Virus record (IMG/VR): IMGVR_UViG_3300042562_000685
Coordinates: 1-30,210 of that record
Origin: a virus
Lineage: Duplodnaviria; Caudoviricetes
DNA length: 30,210 nucleotides
Direction: 5' to 3' (one strand)
Shown here: positions 17,302-25,520 of the stretch, one piece after another
Layout: the number at the start of each line of letters is the position of its first letter
How positions within the stretch are numbered: the first letter of the stretch is position 1
Made by a program: the position numbers and the translations under genes
The notes under the pieces: model-generated
Told to the model about the DNA's origin: nothing
What the model saw: only the letters and a program-made list of their open reading frames with translations
The model's database searches: none

Positions 17302-18378
17302 ATGGCTGGAAAAATCACAGATTTAACAGAACTCACATCAGGCAATCTTGCTGATGCTGATCTTATGGAGGTGGTTGATGTTTCGGATACATCAATGGCA
17401 GCGACTGGCACGAACAAGAAGTCGCTTTGGAGCAGCATTAAAGCCTCACTAAAAACATATTTTGATACACTTTATGCTGATGGAGCAGTTGTTCCGAGTA
17501 CTGCACCTACAGCAGGTCAGTTGCTTGTGGGCAATGCAGGAGGAACAGCTTATGCTCCAGTGTCACTCAGCAGTGATGCTACCGTAGCCAGCACAGGCGC
17601 ACTGACTTTGGCAACGGTAAATAGCAATGTCGGAGCATTTGGTAGTGCCACCAAAGCATCTGTGGTGACAGTGAATGCCAAAGGACAAGTCACCGCTGCC
17701 AGCGAAACCACCGTGACTCCAGCGGTGGGTTCTATTTCAGGACTCGGCACCGGAGTGGCAACGGCACTGGCAGGCAATGTCGGCACAGCAGGAGCACCTA
17801 TCGTCAATGGTGGCGATCTTGGCACACCATCAAGTGGCACACTTTCTGGATGCACAGGATTGCCTATCGCTGGACTTACTAGCTCCACAAGCACCGCTCT
17901 TGGAGTTGGTACGATTGAGCTTGGCGCAGCTTCCGATACTACCTTGGCCCGCAGCAGTGCAGGCAATGTCACCATCGAGGGCAACTTGATTTACCGTGCA
18001 GGTGGTAGCTTCGTTGGAATGCCTGTTGAGCTTGCTTATGCTTGCTCAGACGAAGGCACTGCTCTGACTACAGGGACTGCCAAAGTGACGTTCCGAATGC
18101 CATTTGCTATGACACTGACGGGAATCCGTTCCAGCGTTACGACTGCTCCAACTGGCAGCACTCTTGTTGTTGACCTCAACGAAGGTGGAACATCTGTCTT
18201 GAGCACTAAGTTGAGCATTGATGCTACCGAGAAAACCAGTGTCACTGCTGCAACTGCTGCTGTTATCTCAGACAGTGCTTTGGCAGACGATTCTGAAATG
18301 ACTATTGATGTGGATCAAATCGGCTCAACAATTGCAGGAGCAGGTCTGAAAGTGACCCTAATTGGAACTCGCGCATGA
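17302..18378 (+). CDS. Tail fibre-like protein (358 aa)
   Basis: MAGKITDLTEL N-terminal anchor motif, G/T/A/S-rich shaft with VTVNAKGQVTAAS and LGTPSSGTL motifs, C-terminal SDEGTALTTG..FRMP..IDVDQIGSTIAGAGLKV domain. Confidence 0.8.
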   Translation: MAGKITDLTELTSGNLADADLMEVVDVSDTSMAATGTNKKSLWSSIKASLKTYFDTLYADGAVVPSTAPTAGQLLVGNAGGTAYAPVSLSSDATVASTGALTLATVNSNVGAFGSATKASVVTVNAKGQVTAASETTVTPAVGSISGLGTGVATALAGNVGTAGAPIVNGGDLGTPSSGTLSGCTGLPIAGLTSSTSTALGVGTIELGAASDTTLARSSAGNVTIEGNLIYRAGGSFVGMPVELAYACSDEGTALTTGTAKVTFRMPFAMTLTGIRSSVTTAPTGSTLVVDLNEGGTSVLSTKLSIDATEKTSVTAATAAVISDSALADDSEMTIDVDQIGSTIAGAGLKVTLIGTRA

Positions 18379-19073
18379 ACCTTGTGAATCCATATCGGTT
18401 TGCTGCTGCTGGAAATACTGACCCGTATTTCTCAAGCGTTGTGCTGCTTCTGCATTGTGATGGGACAAATGGAGCAACAAGCGCAACCGACTACAGCAAT
18501 TCGGCGCACTCTATTACTTTCTATGGCAATGCTCAGTTGAGCGACACATCACCTAAATTTGGGACAGCAGCAGTATTATTTGACGGAAGCGGTGACTACA
18601 TCCAGGCACCAGATTCCGCCGATTGGGATTTCGGGACAGGAGATTTCACCATCGAGTTTTGGTATAAATCGACCACAAACACATCTGATCCAGGCACCTT
18701 TGTCAGCCAATACAACGGCAATGGGTTCACTTTCCGGTGGTATCTCGGTGCATTGTATATGCTCAATGGTGCCACCACGATTGCGACTGGCGGATCATGG
18801 ACACCCACCACCGGCGTATGGTATCACATTGCTGCCTGTCGCAGCGGCACTAGCCTCCGTCTATTTGTGGACGGCACCCAATCTGGTTCTACAGCAACAA
18901 GCAGTGATAATATCACCGGATCAAACCTGCCACTCGAACTTGGCTGTATGCCATATTCAGGTGGACACATCTTCCCCCTTAACGGCAGGCTTGATGATGT
19001 TCGCATAACAAAAGGAGTGGCGCGATACACCGCCAATTTCACCGCACCAACTGAGGCATTCCCTAACTCATAA
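18375..19073 (+). CDS. LamG/concanavalin A-like lectin domain protein, candidate receptor-binding subunit
   Basis: DPYFSSVVLLLHCDG, FDGSGDY, FGTGDFTIEFW, WYHIA..R.G..LRLFVDG, LNGRLDDVRITKGVARYTANF. Confidence 0.92.
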   Translation: MNLVNPYRFAAAGNTDPYFSSVVLLLHCDGTNGATSATDYSNSAHSITFYGNAQLSDTSPKFGTAAVLFDGSGDYIQAPDSADWDFGTGDFTIEFWYKSTTNTSDPGTFVSQYNGNGFTFRWYLGALYMLNGATTIATGGSWTPTTGVWYHIAACRSGTSLRLFVDGTQSGSTATSSDNITGSNLPLELGCMPYSGGHIFPLNGRLDDVRITKGVARYTANFTAPTEAFPNS

Positions 19074-19555
19074 TGAAACTGCTCTACAACACACTCACCG
19101 AACGACTGCAACCTTATCCCCGCGACGATGACGAGGATGTAGTTGGACTGTCACCTGAATACCTCATCATGCAGGTAGTCAATGCCGCCAAACCAGTCTT
19201 CGACGAAGCAACAGAGATTCTTGTGCCTGCACAGACGGTCAACACCACCACGAAGACCGTGACTAACGGCTGGACGATTGCACCAAAGCCTGAGCCAGTC
19301 TCCTTTCCAGTCGCAGTCTCCATGCGCTCACTCCGACTCGCTTTAATCGACGCTGGACTCTATCAGTCTGTCGTTGCTGCGATCAACGGCATACCTGATG
19401 CTACAGAAAGGCTCAAAGCTCAAATCTGGTGGACAACATCAATGACTGTTTATCGCAATAATCCTTATGTTGCCGCAATCGGATCTGCTGTTGGAAAAAC
19501 CACAGACGAAATCGATCAACTTTTCTTGTCAGCTCAAACCTTGGATTTATCATAA
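19073..19555 (+). CDS. Tail fibre-associated/assembly-type hypothetical protein
   Basis: C-terminal VSMRSLRLAL..AGL...V...I.....AQIWW.....R..P.V..IG...G.T..EIDQLF pattern commonly found after phage fibre genes. Confidence 0.7.
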   Translation: MKLLYNTLTERLQPYPRDDDEDVVGLSPEYLIMQVVNAAKPVFDEATEILVPAQTVNTTTKTVTNGWTIAPKPEPVSFPVAVSMRSLRLALIDAGLYQSVVAAINGIPDATERLKAQIWWTTSMTVYRNNPYVAAIGSAVGKTTDEIDQLFLSAQTLDLS

Positions 19556-19558
19556 CCC

Positions 19559-19870
19559 ATGAACCCCGTGGAACTGCTCGATCATTGTAACTTAATATTA
19601 GGTAGAGTCGAAAAACTCTGGAAGATTGCTCTATCGATCATGATTGCTGCTGGTGGCGGTGTGCTATGGGGTGCAAGATTGGAGTGGCGAGTTACTGAAG
19701 CCGCTGCAAGTTTAGTCGAAGTTAAAACTAAGGCAGACAGCACTGCTCTTGATGTTTCCCGCATCAAGGGACACATGAATATCAGCAAGACCCCACCTCC
19801 TGCCAGCACACTGCAAACTGCATCCATTCCGCCCTGCACTGACCCTAACCCCGAACAACAAACCCACTGA
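19559..19870 (+). CDS. Single-pass membrane protein of the lysis cluster (holin/spanin-like, unresolved)
   Basis: One hydrophobic segment (IALSIMIAAGGGVLWGA) followed by a short coiled coil; just upstream of the endolysin. Confidence 0.55.
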   Translation: MNPVELLDHCNLILGRVEKLWKIALSIMIAAGGGVLWGARLEWRVTEAAASLVEVKTKADSTALDVSRIKGHMNISKTPPPASTLQTASIPPCTDPNPEQQTH

Positions 19871-19873
19871 CCC

Positions 19874-20089
19874 ATGAAAAAGAAACTCCTCCTCTGGCTA
19901 TCCCTCATCACCAAAGCCGCATCAATCGGCACTGGTGTAGCATCCCTACCAATCGTCGCAATGCTGCCCGCTCAATATGCTGGCTATGCCGCAATCGCAT
20001 TTGCCGGCGCATCGCTGATCAAAGACACGACCAACCGCATCGCTGATCTCGCTGATGATGGTGTGATCAACAATAGCTATCACGGCTAA
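19874..20089 (+). CDS. Small membrane protein, candidate holin
   Basis: 71 aa, basic N-terminus, about two hydrophobic segments, charged C-terminus, next to the endolysin. Confidence 0.6.
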   Translation: MKKKLLLWLSLITKAASIGTGVASLPIVAMLPAQYAGYAAIAFAGASLIKDTTNRIADLADDGVINNSYHG

Positions 20090-20095
20090 CAACGC

Positions 20096-20185
20096 ATGAT
20101 CACGACTCTGGCAGATGCTGCCGGCATCATCGTCGCGATTGTTTCCCTGACTATTTTTAGCATGATGGCAATGTATAAACTATGA
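20096..20185 (+). CDS. 29-aa single-transmembrane peptide in the lysis cluster
   Basis: Manual translation MITTLADAAGIIVAIVSLTIFSMMAMYKL*; fills the gap exactly and overlaps the endolysin start via ATGA. Confidence 0.6.
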   Translation: MITTLADAAGIIVAIVSLTIFSMMAMYKL

Positions 20186-20805
20186 ACACAACTGACTTCG
20201 CTAAACTTGTGCAGACCCGTCTCGGCGTGTTTGCTGATGGTAACCCAGGCAGCATCACTCTCGCTGCATTGGATAAGGTTTTGCCGCCAAAGGAGCAGGC
20301 AAAGCCAGACCCTGTGCCAGTAGTTACTTTTACCGGTGATAAAGTCGATGAGCGCAGCGAACGTGTGATCTCGACTCTCCACCCACGGTTGCACGACAAA
20401 GCCCGTCAGCTTGTGCAACGTGCAGCATCAGCAGGAATCAAAATCAAAATCATCAGCGGACTGCGAACATACGACGAACAGAATGCGCTCTATGCTCAAG
20501 GCCGAACGTCATCTGGCAAGATCGTCACCAATGCTCGCGGCGGATATTCCAACCACAACTTCGGAGTCGCTTTCGATGTCGGTGTTTTTTCGGCGGATGG
20601 CAGCAAATACATCGACGAATCGCCCAGCTATAAGATCGTCGGTCAACTCGGCAAATCACTCGGTTTTGAATGGGGCGGCGATTGGTCATTGATTCAAGAT
20701 CAACCGCACTTCCAGCTTCGTCCAGCATGGGCTAATGGCATGAATGAAAGTGTCATGCTCGCTGAGATGCGTGCGCGTAAGGCATCGAATCAGGACGTGT
20801 TCTGA
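20182..20805 (+). CDS. Endolysin, M15 family (L-Ala-D-Glu endopeptidase-like) with a short N-terminal peptidoglycan-binding-like segment
   Basis: SGLRTYDEQNALYAQGR, TNARGGYSNHNFGVAFD (SxH...D) and WGGDW..D.PHFQ zinc motifs; N-terminal VQTRLGVFADGNPGSITL. Confidence 0.93.
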   Translation: MNTTDFAKLVQTRLGVFADGNPGSITLAALDKVLPPKEQAKPDPVPVVTFTGDKVDERSERVISTLHPRLHDKARQLVQRAASAGIKIKIISGLRTYDEQNALYAQGRTSSGKIVTNARGGYSNHNFGVAFDVGVFSADGSKYIDESPSYKIVGQLGKSLGFEWGGDWSLIQDQPHFQLRPAWANGMNESVMLAEMRARKASNQDVF

Positions 20806-20813
20806 TTAAGTGC

Positions 20814-20966
20814 ATGTTTATCATCGAGGGGAAAGAATGCGGCGTGTGGGAAACCATAGACGAAGCCGAATGCATGGAAGATGCCATTATGCTTGCGTCA
20901 TGTCATTGCGCCAATCTGCCTGAAGATCGGATCAGGATTTCAACACCTGACAATTCAATATTATGA
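20814..20966 (+). CDS. 50-aa hypothetical protein
   Basis: Manual translation MFIIEGKECGVWETIDEAECMEDAIMLASCHCANLPEDRIRISTPDNSIL*; fills the gap; ATGA overlap with the next gene. Confidence 0.6.
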   Translation: MFIIEGKECGVWETIDEAECMEDAIMLASCHCANLPEDRIRISTPDNSIL

Positions 20967-21169
20967 CTTCAGAATTTGAGCGCATCGCTGCACACTTTTG
21001 CAGCACCGCTAAATGCAAAAAGAGGAAGGTCGCAACCTTGCAGGTGCATCACGAGCCTGGCGTGACGTGGGTATGTTGTGAACACGAGAAATGCGCCTGC
21101 GTCCTGAACGATGGCGACTCATCCAGCCTGTCAGAGACACTCGCAAAATGGGTGCGTCGGCACGGGTAG
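20963..21169 (+). CDS. Small Cys-rich protein, loosely Lar (restriction alleviation)-like zinc ribbon
   Basis: Cys pairs, WVCC....C and a C-terminal E.LAKWVRR reminiscent of the Lar ending EA...WNRR. Confidence 0.45.
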   Translation: MTSEFERIAAHFCSTAKCKKRKVATLQVHHEPGVTWVCCEHEKCACVLNDGDSSSLSETLAKWVRRHG

Positions 21170-21179
21170 TTTAACTTTT

Positions 21180-21231
21180 TTGACAAAATAAAACAAATTT
21201 GTTGACGGGTATAGGTGGACTGTGCTTTGAT
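21180..21231 (+). promoter_or_regulatory. Candidate early/middle sigma70-type promoter with an overlapping palindrome
   Basis: AT-rich gap; TTGACA 21180-21185, TTGACG 21202-21207, weak TGc-TTTGAT -10 at 21226-21231; perfect palindrome AACAAATTTGTT 21192-21203. Confidence 0.45.
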
Positions 21232-21259
21232 TGCGTTGTTAGGAAACAACAACACAACA

Positions 21260-21430
21260 ATGACAACCTTACTTCCATTCCTATGCGGTTCATTAGCCGC
21301 AACCATGTTATTCACCTGCTTCATCTGGAGGCAGGGACGTCTCGACGAGCGTTTGATTCGTCACATTCGCCGCAACAGCTACAACAAGGGTTGGAATGAT
21401 TGCCAAGATAAAAAGTTTCAGGCAGAATAA
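21260..21430 (+). CDS. 56-aa membrane-anchored hypothetical protein
   Basis: ATG after a CA-rich leader; N-terminal hydrophobic helix; YNKGWND motif. Confidence 0.7.
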   Translation: MTTLLPFLCGSLAATMLFTCFIWRQGRLDERLIRHIRRNSYNKGWNDCQDKKFQAE

Positions 21431-21445
21431 TTCAACACACACAAC

Positions 21446-21790
21446 ATGAAAATCAACGGAACCAATATCAGCACTATCCCAGAGCAATTGTCTCTGATCA
21501 CCAAGGCAATTGCCAGCCTGCTGGAACTGACAGACATTTGCGCGACAACGCCTGAGATCCGCTACGGAAGTGACCTGACCGAAATGGTCGGAGTTCCAGG
21601 CGTGTTCTTCGCTCACCAGAAAGGCAACATCGAAGGCATCTTCGCAGGAGGCACCGACATCAGCGAGATCGTTTCGCAGTCCACATGGAACGCTTGCGAA
21701 GAGCAGGCCGAACAACTTTACGTCAGCGAAACCGCTGAACGCAGAACAGCGTCCGCGCAAAATAGCGCAGACATCAAGGCAGGGAAATGA
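21446..21790 (+). CDS. Hypothetical protein (114 aa)
   Basis: ATG after an ACACACAAC leader; normal codon style; abuts the next gene. Confidence 0.75.
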   Translation: MKINGTNISTIPEQLSLITKAIASLLELTDICATTPEIRYGSDLTEMVGVPGVFFAHQKGNIEGIFAGGTDISEIVSQSTWNACEEQAEQLYVSETAERRTASAQNSADIKAGK

Positions 21791-21810
21791 ACCAACGAAA
21801 CACAACGACA

Positions 21811-22719
21811 ATGAGCACACAAATCACCACCACGGAAATCACAGACGTTCAAATTCAGCGGGAGTCAGCAGCATTCGACATGCTGCAACGTCAGGCCAAA
21901 ATGTTCGCATCCAGCTCGCTTGTCCCAAAGGAATTTCAAGGCAACATTGCCAATTGCGCGATCGGCATTGGCATCGCAAAGCGGTTGGGCGCAGACCCAT
22001 TCATGGTGCTTCAGAACGTGGACATCATCCACGGTCGCCCCAGTTTCAGAGCCACCTTCTTGATCGCAATGGTCAATAGCTCAGGTCGCTTTGAGCCGTT
22101 ACAATTTAAGATGGATGGCACCGAAGGCACCGGTGACCGCTCTTGCATTGCATGGGCAAAGTCGAAAGATGACGGCACCGTGCTGGAAGGGCCAAAGATC
22201 ACCCTCGCTATGGCTAAGGCCGAGGGCTGGAGCACTAAGGCAGGGTCGAAATGGCTTACCATGCCTGAGCTGATGCTGCGCTACCGCGCCGCCGCATTCT
22301 TTGCCCGTCTCTACGCGCCAGACATCACCCTGGGAATGCTTACCGCAGAGGAAGCGCAAGATGCTGCTGTGCGCGATGTCACACCGGTCGCAGCAAAGGC
22401 CGGCAAACTGTTCATCGAAAAGCCAAAAAAGGAGGAACCGAAAGACGTTCCAGATGTTCCCGTCTACAAGGCTGAGATCGCGAAGCTGGAGGCTGAAGAG
22501 GAAAACAAGGCGCAACCGGTTAAGTCCCTGACCGATCGCATCATTGATCGTCTTGATGCCGCCGGCATCCATTGGTCAACTATGCTGGAGACTTTGCAGG
22601 CAAACGGCGAAGGTGGCGAGAATTACTACCCGATCAATGAGGCAGGATCCGAGTTGCTCAAATTCCTCGACGACAATTTCGTCCAACTCGCTGAACTTGC
22701 GAAGAAAGGAGGTAAGTAA
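21811..22719 (+). CDS. RecT/Red-beta-like single-strand annealing protein (alternative start 21787)
   Basis: FASSSLVPKEFQGN.ANC, DPFMVLQNVDIIHGRPSF, MAKAEGW..K.GSKW.TMPELMLRYRAAAFFARLYAPD..LG; paired with an exonuclease; ACACAACGACA leader before 21811. Confidence 0.82.
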   Translation: MSTQITTTEITDVQIQRESAAFDMLQRQAKMFASSSLVPKEFQGNIANCAIGIGIAKRLGADPFMVLQNVDIIHGRPSFRATFLIAMVNSSGRFEPLQFKMDGTEGTGDRSCIAWAKSKDDGTVLEGPKITLAMAKAEGWSTKAGSKWLTMPELMLRYRAAAFFARLYAPDITLGMLTAEEAQDAAVRDVTPVAAKAGKLFIEKPKKEEPKDVPDVPVYKAEIAKLEAEEENKAQPVKSLTDRIIDRLDAAGIHWSTMLETLQANGEGGENYYPINEAGSELLKFLDDNFVQLAELAKKGGK

Positions 22720-22720
22720 T

Positions 22721-23899
22721 ATGATCACCGATCCACGTCACGGCTTGCCCAGCGCAAGCGCATTTGAGAGGCTTTCAGCATGCCCTCCATCGCACCAAAT
22801 GTCTTTGGGCATGGAGGACACCGAAAGCGCAGCGGCAGCGTCAGGAACACGCATCCATGCGGTGCTTGCTGGCGAGGCTGAGATGAGCACTCTGTCGAGC
22901 GACGAGGAGCAGACGCACGATATGTGCAAAGCCCATGCGGATGACTTGATCGCTCAATATATCAGCAATCCAGAGGTGCTGACGCTGAAAGAAGTCCGCC
23001 TTGGTCTGACGCAGTTTGGCAGGGTGGTCGTCGTCAAAGACGGTGCTCGCATTGCTCTACGCTTCACCGGTCAGGCTGATTTGATCATCATTGATGGCAC
23101 ATTTGCTCTGATCCTCGACTACAAAACCGGTCGCGGCACAACTGCTGATGCTGGTGACAACTACCAACTGATGGCACTGGCAGCACTCGTGTCCATGTAT
23201 CGGCCGATTGAGACAGCAGCAGTTGCAATCATCCAGCCTTGGGCTGGCAAGCCAACGGTGGCGCATTACGACACTGAGGCATTGATGCTAGCTCAAAACA
23301 CGATGATCAGCACACTGAGCAAAGCGGAGATATCGACATCCGCAGACGCAGTCGCCGGCGATCACTGCAAGTGGTGTAAGGCGAAGATGCATTGCCCAGC
23401 GTTTCAGTCCGCTGCGTTATCAGTTACCGACGCGATCAATGCGGAGTCAATCTCTGGCACTGACGAGCAGGTCAAGGCTCAGATTTTCTCTCGCATGGGT
23501 GATCACTCATCCATGAGCAACGAGATGATGATCCGCATCCAGGAAGGCGGTCGCAAATTCATGGAGTGGTTCCTCGTCGCTCATGACCTTGAGCTTCGCA
23601 AGCGCATCGCCGCCGGCGAGATCGATGGTTACTCTCTGCGCGAAAAGAAAGGTCGTCGCAGCGTGTCAGATGTCACCACTGTCTTTAGTCGTCTCTCAGC
23701 GCATGGAGTTACCGGTGACGCATTTGCTGCGGAATGCTCCATCCCAATCGGCAGCGTGAAGACTCTGATCAAGCAAGGCACCGGAGCAAAAGGCAAGGCA
23801 CTCGATAACCTGGTCGATGAGGTCTTGCACGATGCCACAGAGACGAGCAAAGGCAGCATGGAGATCGTCAAAGGCATCGCACTGGAGGGCGCATCATGA
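22721..23899 (+). CDS. DUF2800/Cas4-like PD-(D/E)xK exonuclease
   Basis: SASAFERLSACPPS, GTRIH, GQADL, DYKTG, NYQL, IIQP and GDHCKWCKAKMHCP (four Cys, Fe-S type); AAGGAGGT at 22706-22713. Confidence 0.88.
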   Translation: MITDPRHGLPSASAFERLSACPPSHQMSLGMEDTESAAAASGTRIHAVLAGEAEMSTLSSDEEQTHDMCKAHADDLIAQYISNPEVLTLKEVRLGLTQFGRVVVVKDGARIALRFTGQADLIIIDGTFALILDYKTGRGTTADAGDNYQLMALAALVSMYRPIETAAVAIIQPWAGKPTVAHYDTEALMLAQNTMISTLSKAEISTSADAVAGDHCKWCKAKMHCPAFQSAALSVTDAINAESISGTDEQVKAQIFSRMGDHSSMSNEMMIRIQEGGRKFMEWFLVAHDLELRKRIAAGEIDGYSLREKKGRRSVSDVTTVFSRLSAHGVTGDAFAAECSIPIGSVKTLIKQGTGAKGKALDNLVDEVLHDATETSKGSMEIVKGIALEGAS

Positions 23900-24177
23900 G
23901 TCACCGAGACGATCCACCTGACTACCCTGAAGTGCCAGAGTGCTGCGATGAGATGATGGACGTGATGGAAGACGGTTCCTGCGTTTGCACGCTATGTGGC
24001 AAAACTATTGACCCTGATTTCGATCAATATCCCGAGTCCATATTTGAGCAATACGAGCCTGAGCATTACACGCTAGATTGTTGCAAGCATGGTAACGAAT
24101 GGGGAGACTGTGATAAATGTGATCACGAGTCAGATCAGGCATACGATGCAGAAAGGGAACGCAGATGGAACAAATAA
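23896..24177 (+). CDS. Acidic Cys-rich hypothetical protein (93 aa)
   Basis: ATGA coupling to the upstream gene; CVCTLCG and CKHG....CDKC motifs. Confidence 0.7.
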   Translation: MSHRDDPPDYPEVPECCDEMMDVMEDGSCVCTLCGKTIDPDFDQYPESIFEQYEPEHYTLDCCKHGNEWGDCDKCDHESDQAYDAERERRWNK

Positions 24178-24536
24178 CAATAGTGCTCGACCTGCCTCCT
24201 CGCATGCTATCGCCAAACGCTCGGTGCCACTGGGCTGTGAAAGCGAAGCATGTGAAGAAATATCGAATGCACGCCTGGGCGGCATCGCTCTGTGCTCTCA
24301 AAAATGAACAGCAACCAAAATGGAAAAAAGCAAAGCTCAACGCCAAAGCATTTTTCAAGACAAAAGCATTCCCTGATCCATCGAATTTCATGGCATCACT
24401 GAAAGCTGCTGAAGATGGGATTGCTGATGCCGGCATTATCGTCAACGACAGAGCACTCTGGCCTGAGCGTCCGGTCTTCGCAAAAGACTCAATCAATCCA
24501 CGCATCGAAATTACGATCACAAAAGAAAATGAATAG
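24165..24536 (+). CDS. rusA: RusA-like Holliday junction resolvase
   Basis: LPP..LSPNAR.HW..K, PDPSN..ASLKAAEDGIADAGIIVND, NPRIEITI. Confidence 0.78.
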   Translation: MEQITIVLDLPPRMLSPNARCHWAVKAKHVKKYRMHAWAASLCALKNEQQPKWKKAKLNAKAFFKTKAFPDPSNFMASLKAAEDGIADAGIIVNDRALWPERPVFAKDSINPRIEITITKENE

Positions 24537-24819
24537 TATCCAGCCCATGAGAAAAGCACTCGCTCAATCACGAGTTATTGCGTCTCAGCAAACAATCAAA
24601 GCAGACAATTTGTCTCGTGATCTTTCCAAACTAATTAGATCAGAGATGATCCGCAATGCGGTCACTCTCAAACGACTTTCGGAGAAATCTAAAATCCCAA
24701 TGGCGCGAATCGTCAACTGGCTGTGTGGTAGCTCAACGCATTGCATTCCGCCAGATGTCGTCACTAAATTGTGGAACGCAGCATCAACGTCAGAGTCAAC
24801 CAACCCTAAAAAGAAATAA
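24529..24819 (+). CDS. Helix-turn-helix (XRE/Cro-like) protein
   Basis: MIRNAVTLKRLSEKSKIPMARIVNWLCG fits an HTH pattern; start taken at ATG 24529. Confidence 0.6.
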   Translation: MNSIQPMRKALAQSRVIASQQTIKADNLSRDLSKLIRSEMIRNAVTLKRLSEKSKIPMARIVNWLCGSSTHCIPPDVVTKLWNAASTSESTNPKKK

Positions 24820-24823
24820 CCAA

Positions 24824-25255
24824 ATGAACGCACAACAATTTATCGTCCGCCTAACTCGTGATCCTGACATCCGTTACACTCCTGATGGGTCAGCAGTTGC
24901 TCAATTCAGCGGAGCACTCGACATTGGATTCGGTGACAAAAAGAAAACCGTGTTTCTGGATTTCAAAATCTGGAAAAAGCCGGCTGAGACTTTTGCTAAC
25001 TTTGTGAAGAAAGGTCACGTCATTGCTCTCGAAACCAGGCTTGATGAGGACAAGTGGAACGATAAGACAACCGGTGAGGAAAAGCGCAAACTCATCTTCG
25101 TTGTCACCCAGTTCACCTTGCTGCCAAATGACAAAGCAAGATCCGCTCAACCAGCAATGCCAGAGCGATCAGATCAATTGCCGTCACGCAAGATCGTTTA
25201 TCAAAAGCCTGAAATTGAGACTGAAATTGATTCGACAGACGACATGCCCTTCTGA
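24824..25255 (+). CDS. ssb: Single-stranded DNA-binding protein
   Basis: RLTRDPDIRYTPDG.AVAQF, W.K.AE....KKG, W.DK.TGE.R and the acidic tail DDMPF. Confidence 0.95.
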   Translation: MNAQQFIVRLTRDPDIRYTPDGSAVAQFSGALDIGFGDKKKTVFLDFKIWKKPAETFANFVKKGHVIALETRLDEDKWNDKTTGEEKRKLIFVVTQFTLLPNDKARSAQPAMPERSDQLPSRKIVYQKPEIETEIDSTDDMPF

Positions 25256-25277
25256 TATTATCCTTGAAATAAAAACA

Positions 25278-25520
25278 ATGAACACAACAGAACGAACCGA
25301 AGCAGGTCGAAGGAAGTATGCTCTGCATGCTGCACTAACAAACGATGACAAACTGCGAATCTTGAAGCGTGCAAACGCAATCTTGCTGGCAGGATATCCA
25401 GGATCAAAAGCAGAACGTCGAGTTGGATACAATATCGACGACATGCGTAAATGGGCGATTGATCTCGGATATCCACTGAAGGTCACTAAACTCTCAAAAT
25501 ATAAGGCACCTACACAATGA
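25278..25520 (+). CDS. Basic hypothetical protein (80 aa), possibly DNA-binding
   Basis: ATG after AAATAAAAACA; possible HTH (SKAERRVGYNIDDMRKW); ATGA overlap with the next gene. Confidence 0.65.
   Translation: MNTTERTEAGRRKYALHAALTNDDKLRILKRANAILLAGYPGSKAERRVGYNIDDMRKWAIDLGYPLKVTKLSKYKAPTQ

Noticed and set aside
16587-19555. Diversity-generating retroelement, as in BPP-1-like podoviruses
   Set aside because: No reverse transcriptase and no TR/VR repeat pair with adenine-specific mismatches noticed in the window
22721-23899. cas4 as part of a CRISPR-Cas locus
   Set aside because: Stand-alone DUF2800-type phage exonuclease paired with a RecT-like annealase; no other cas genes or array
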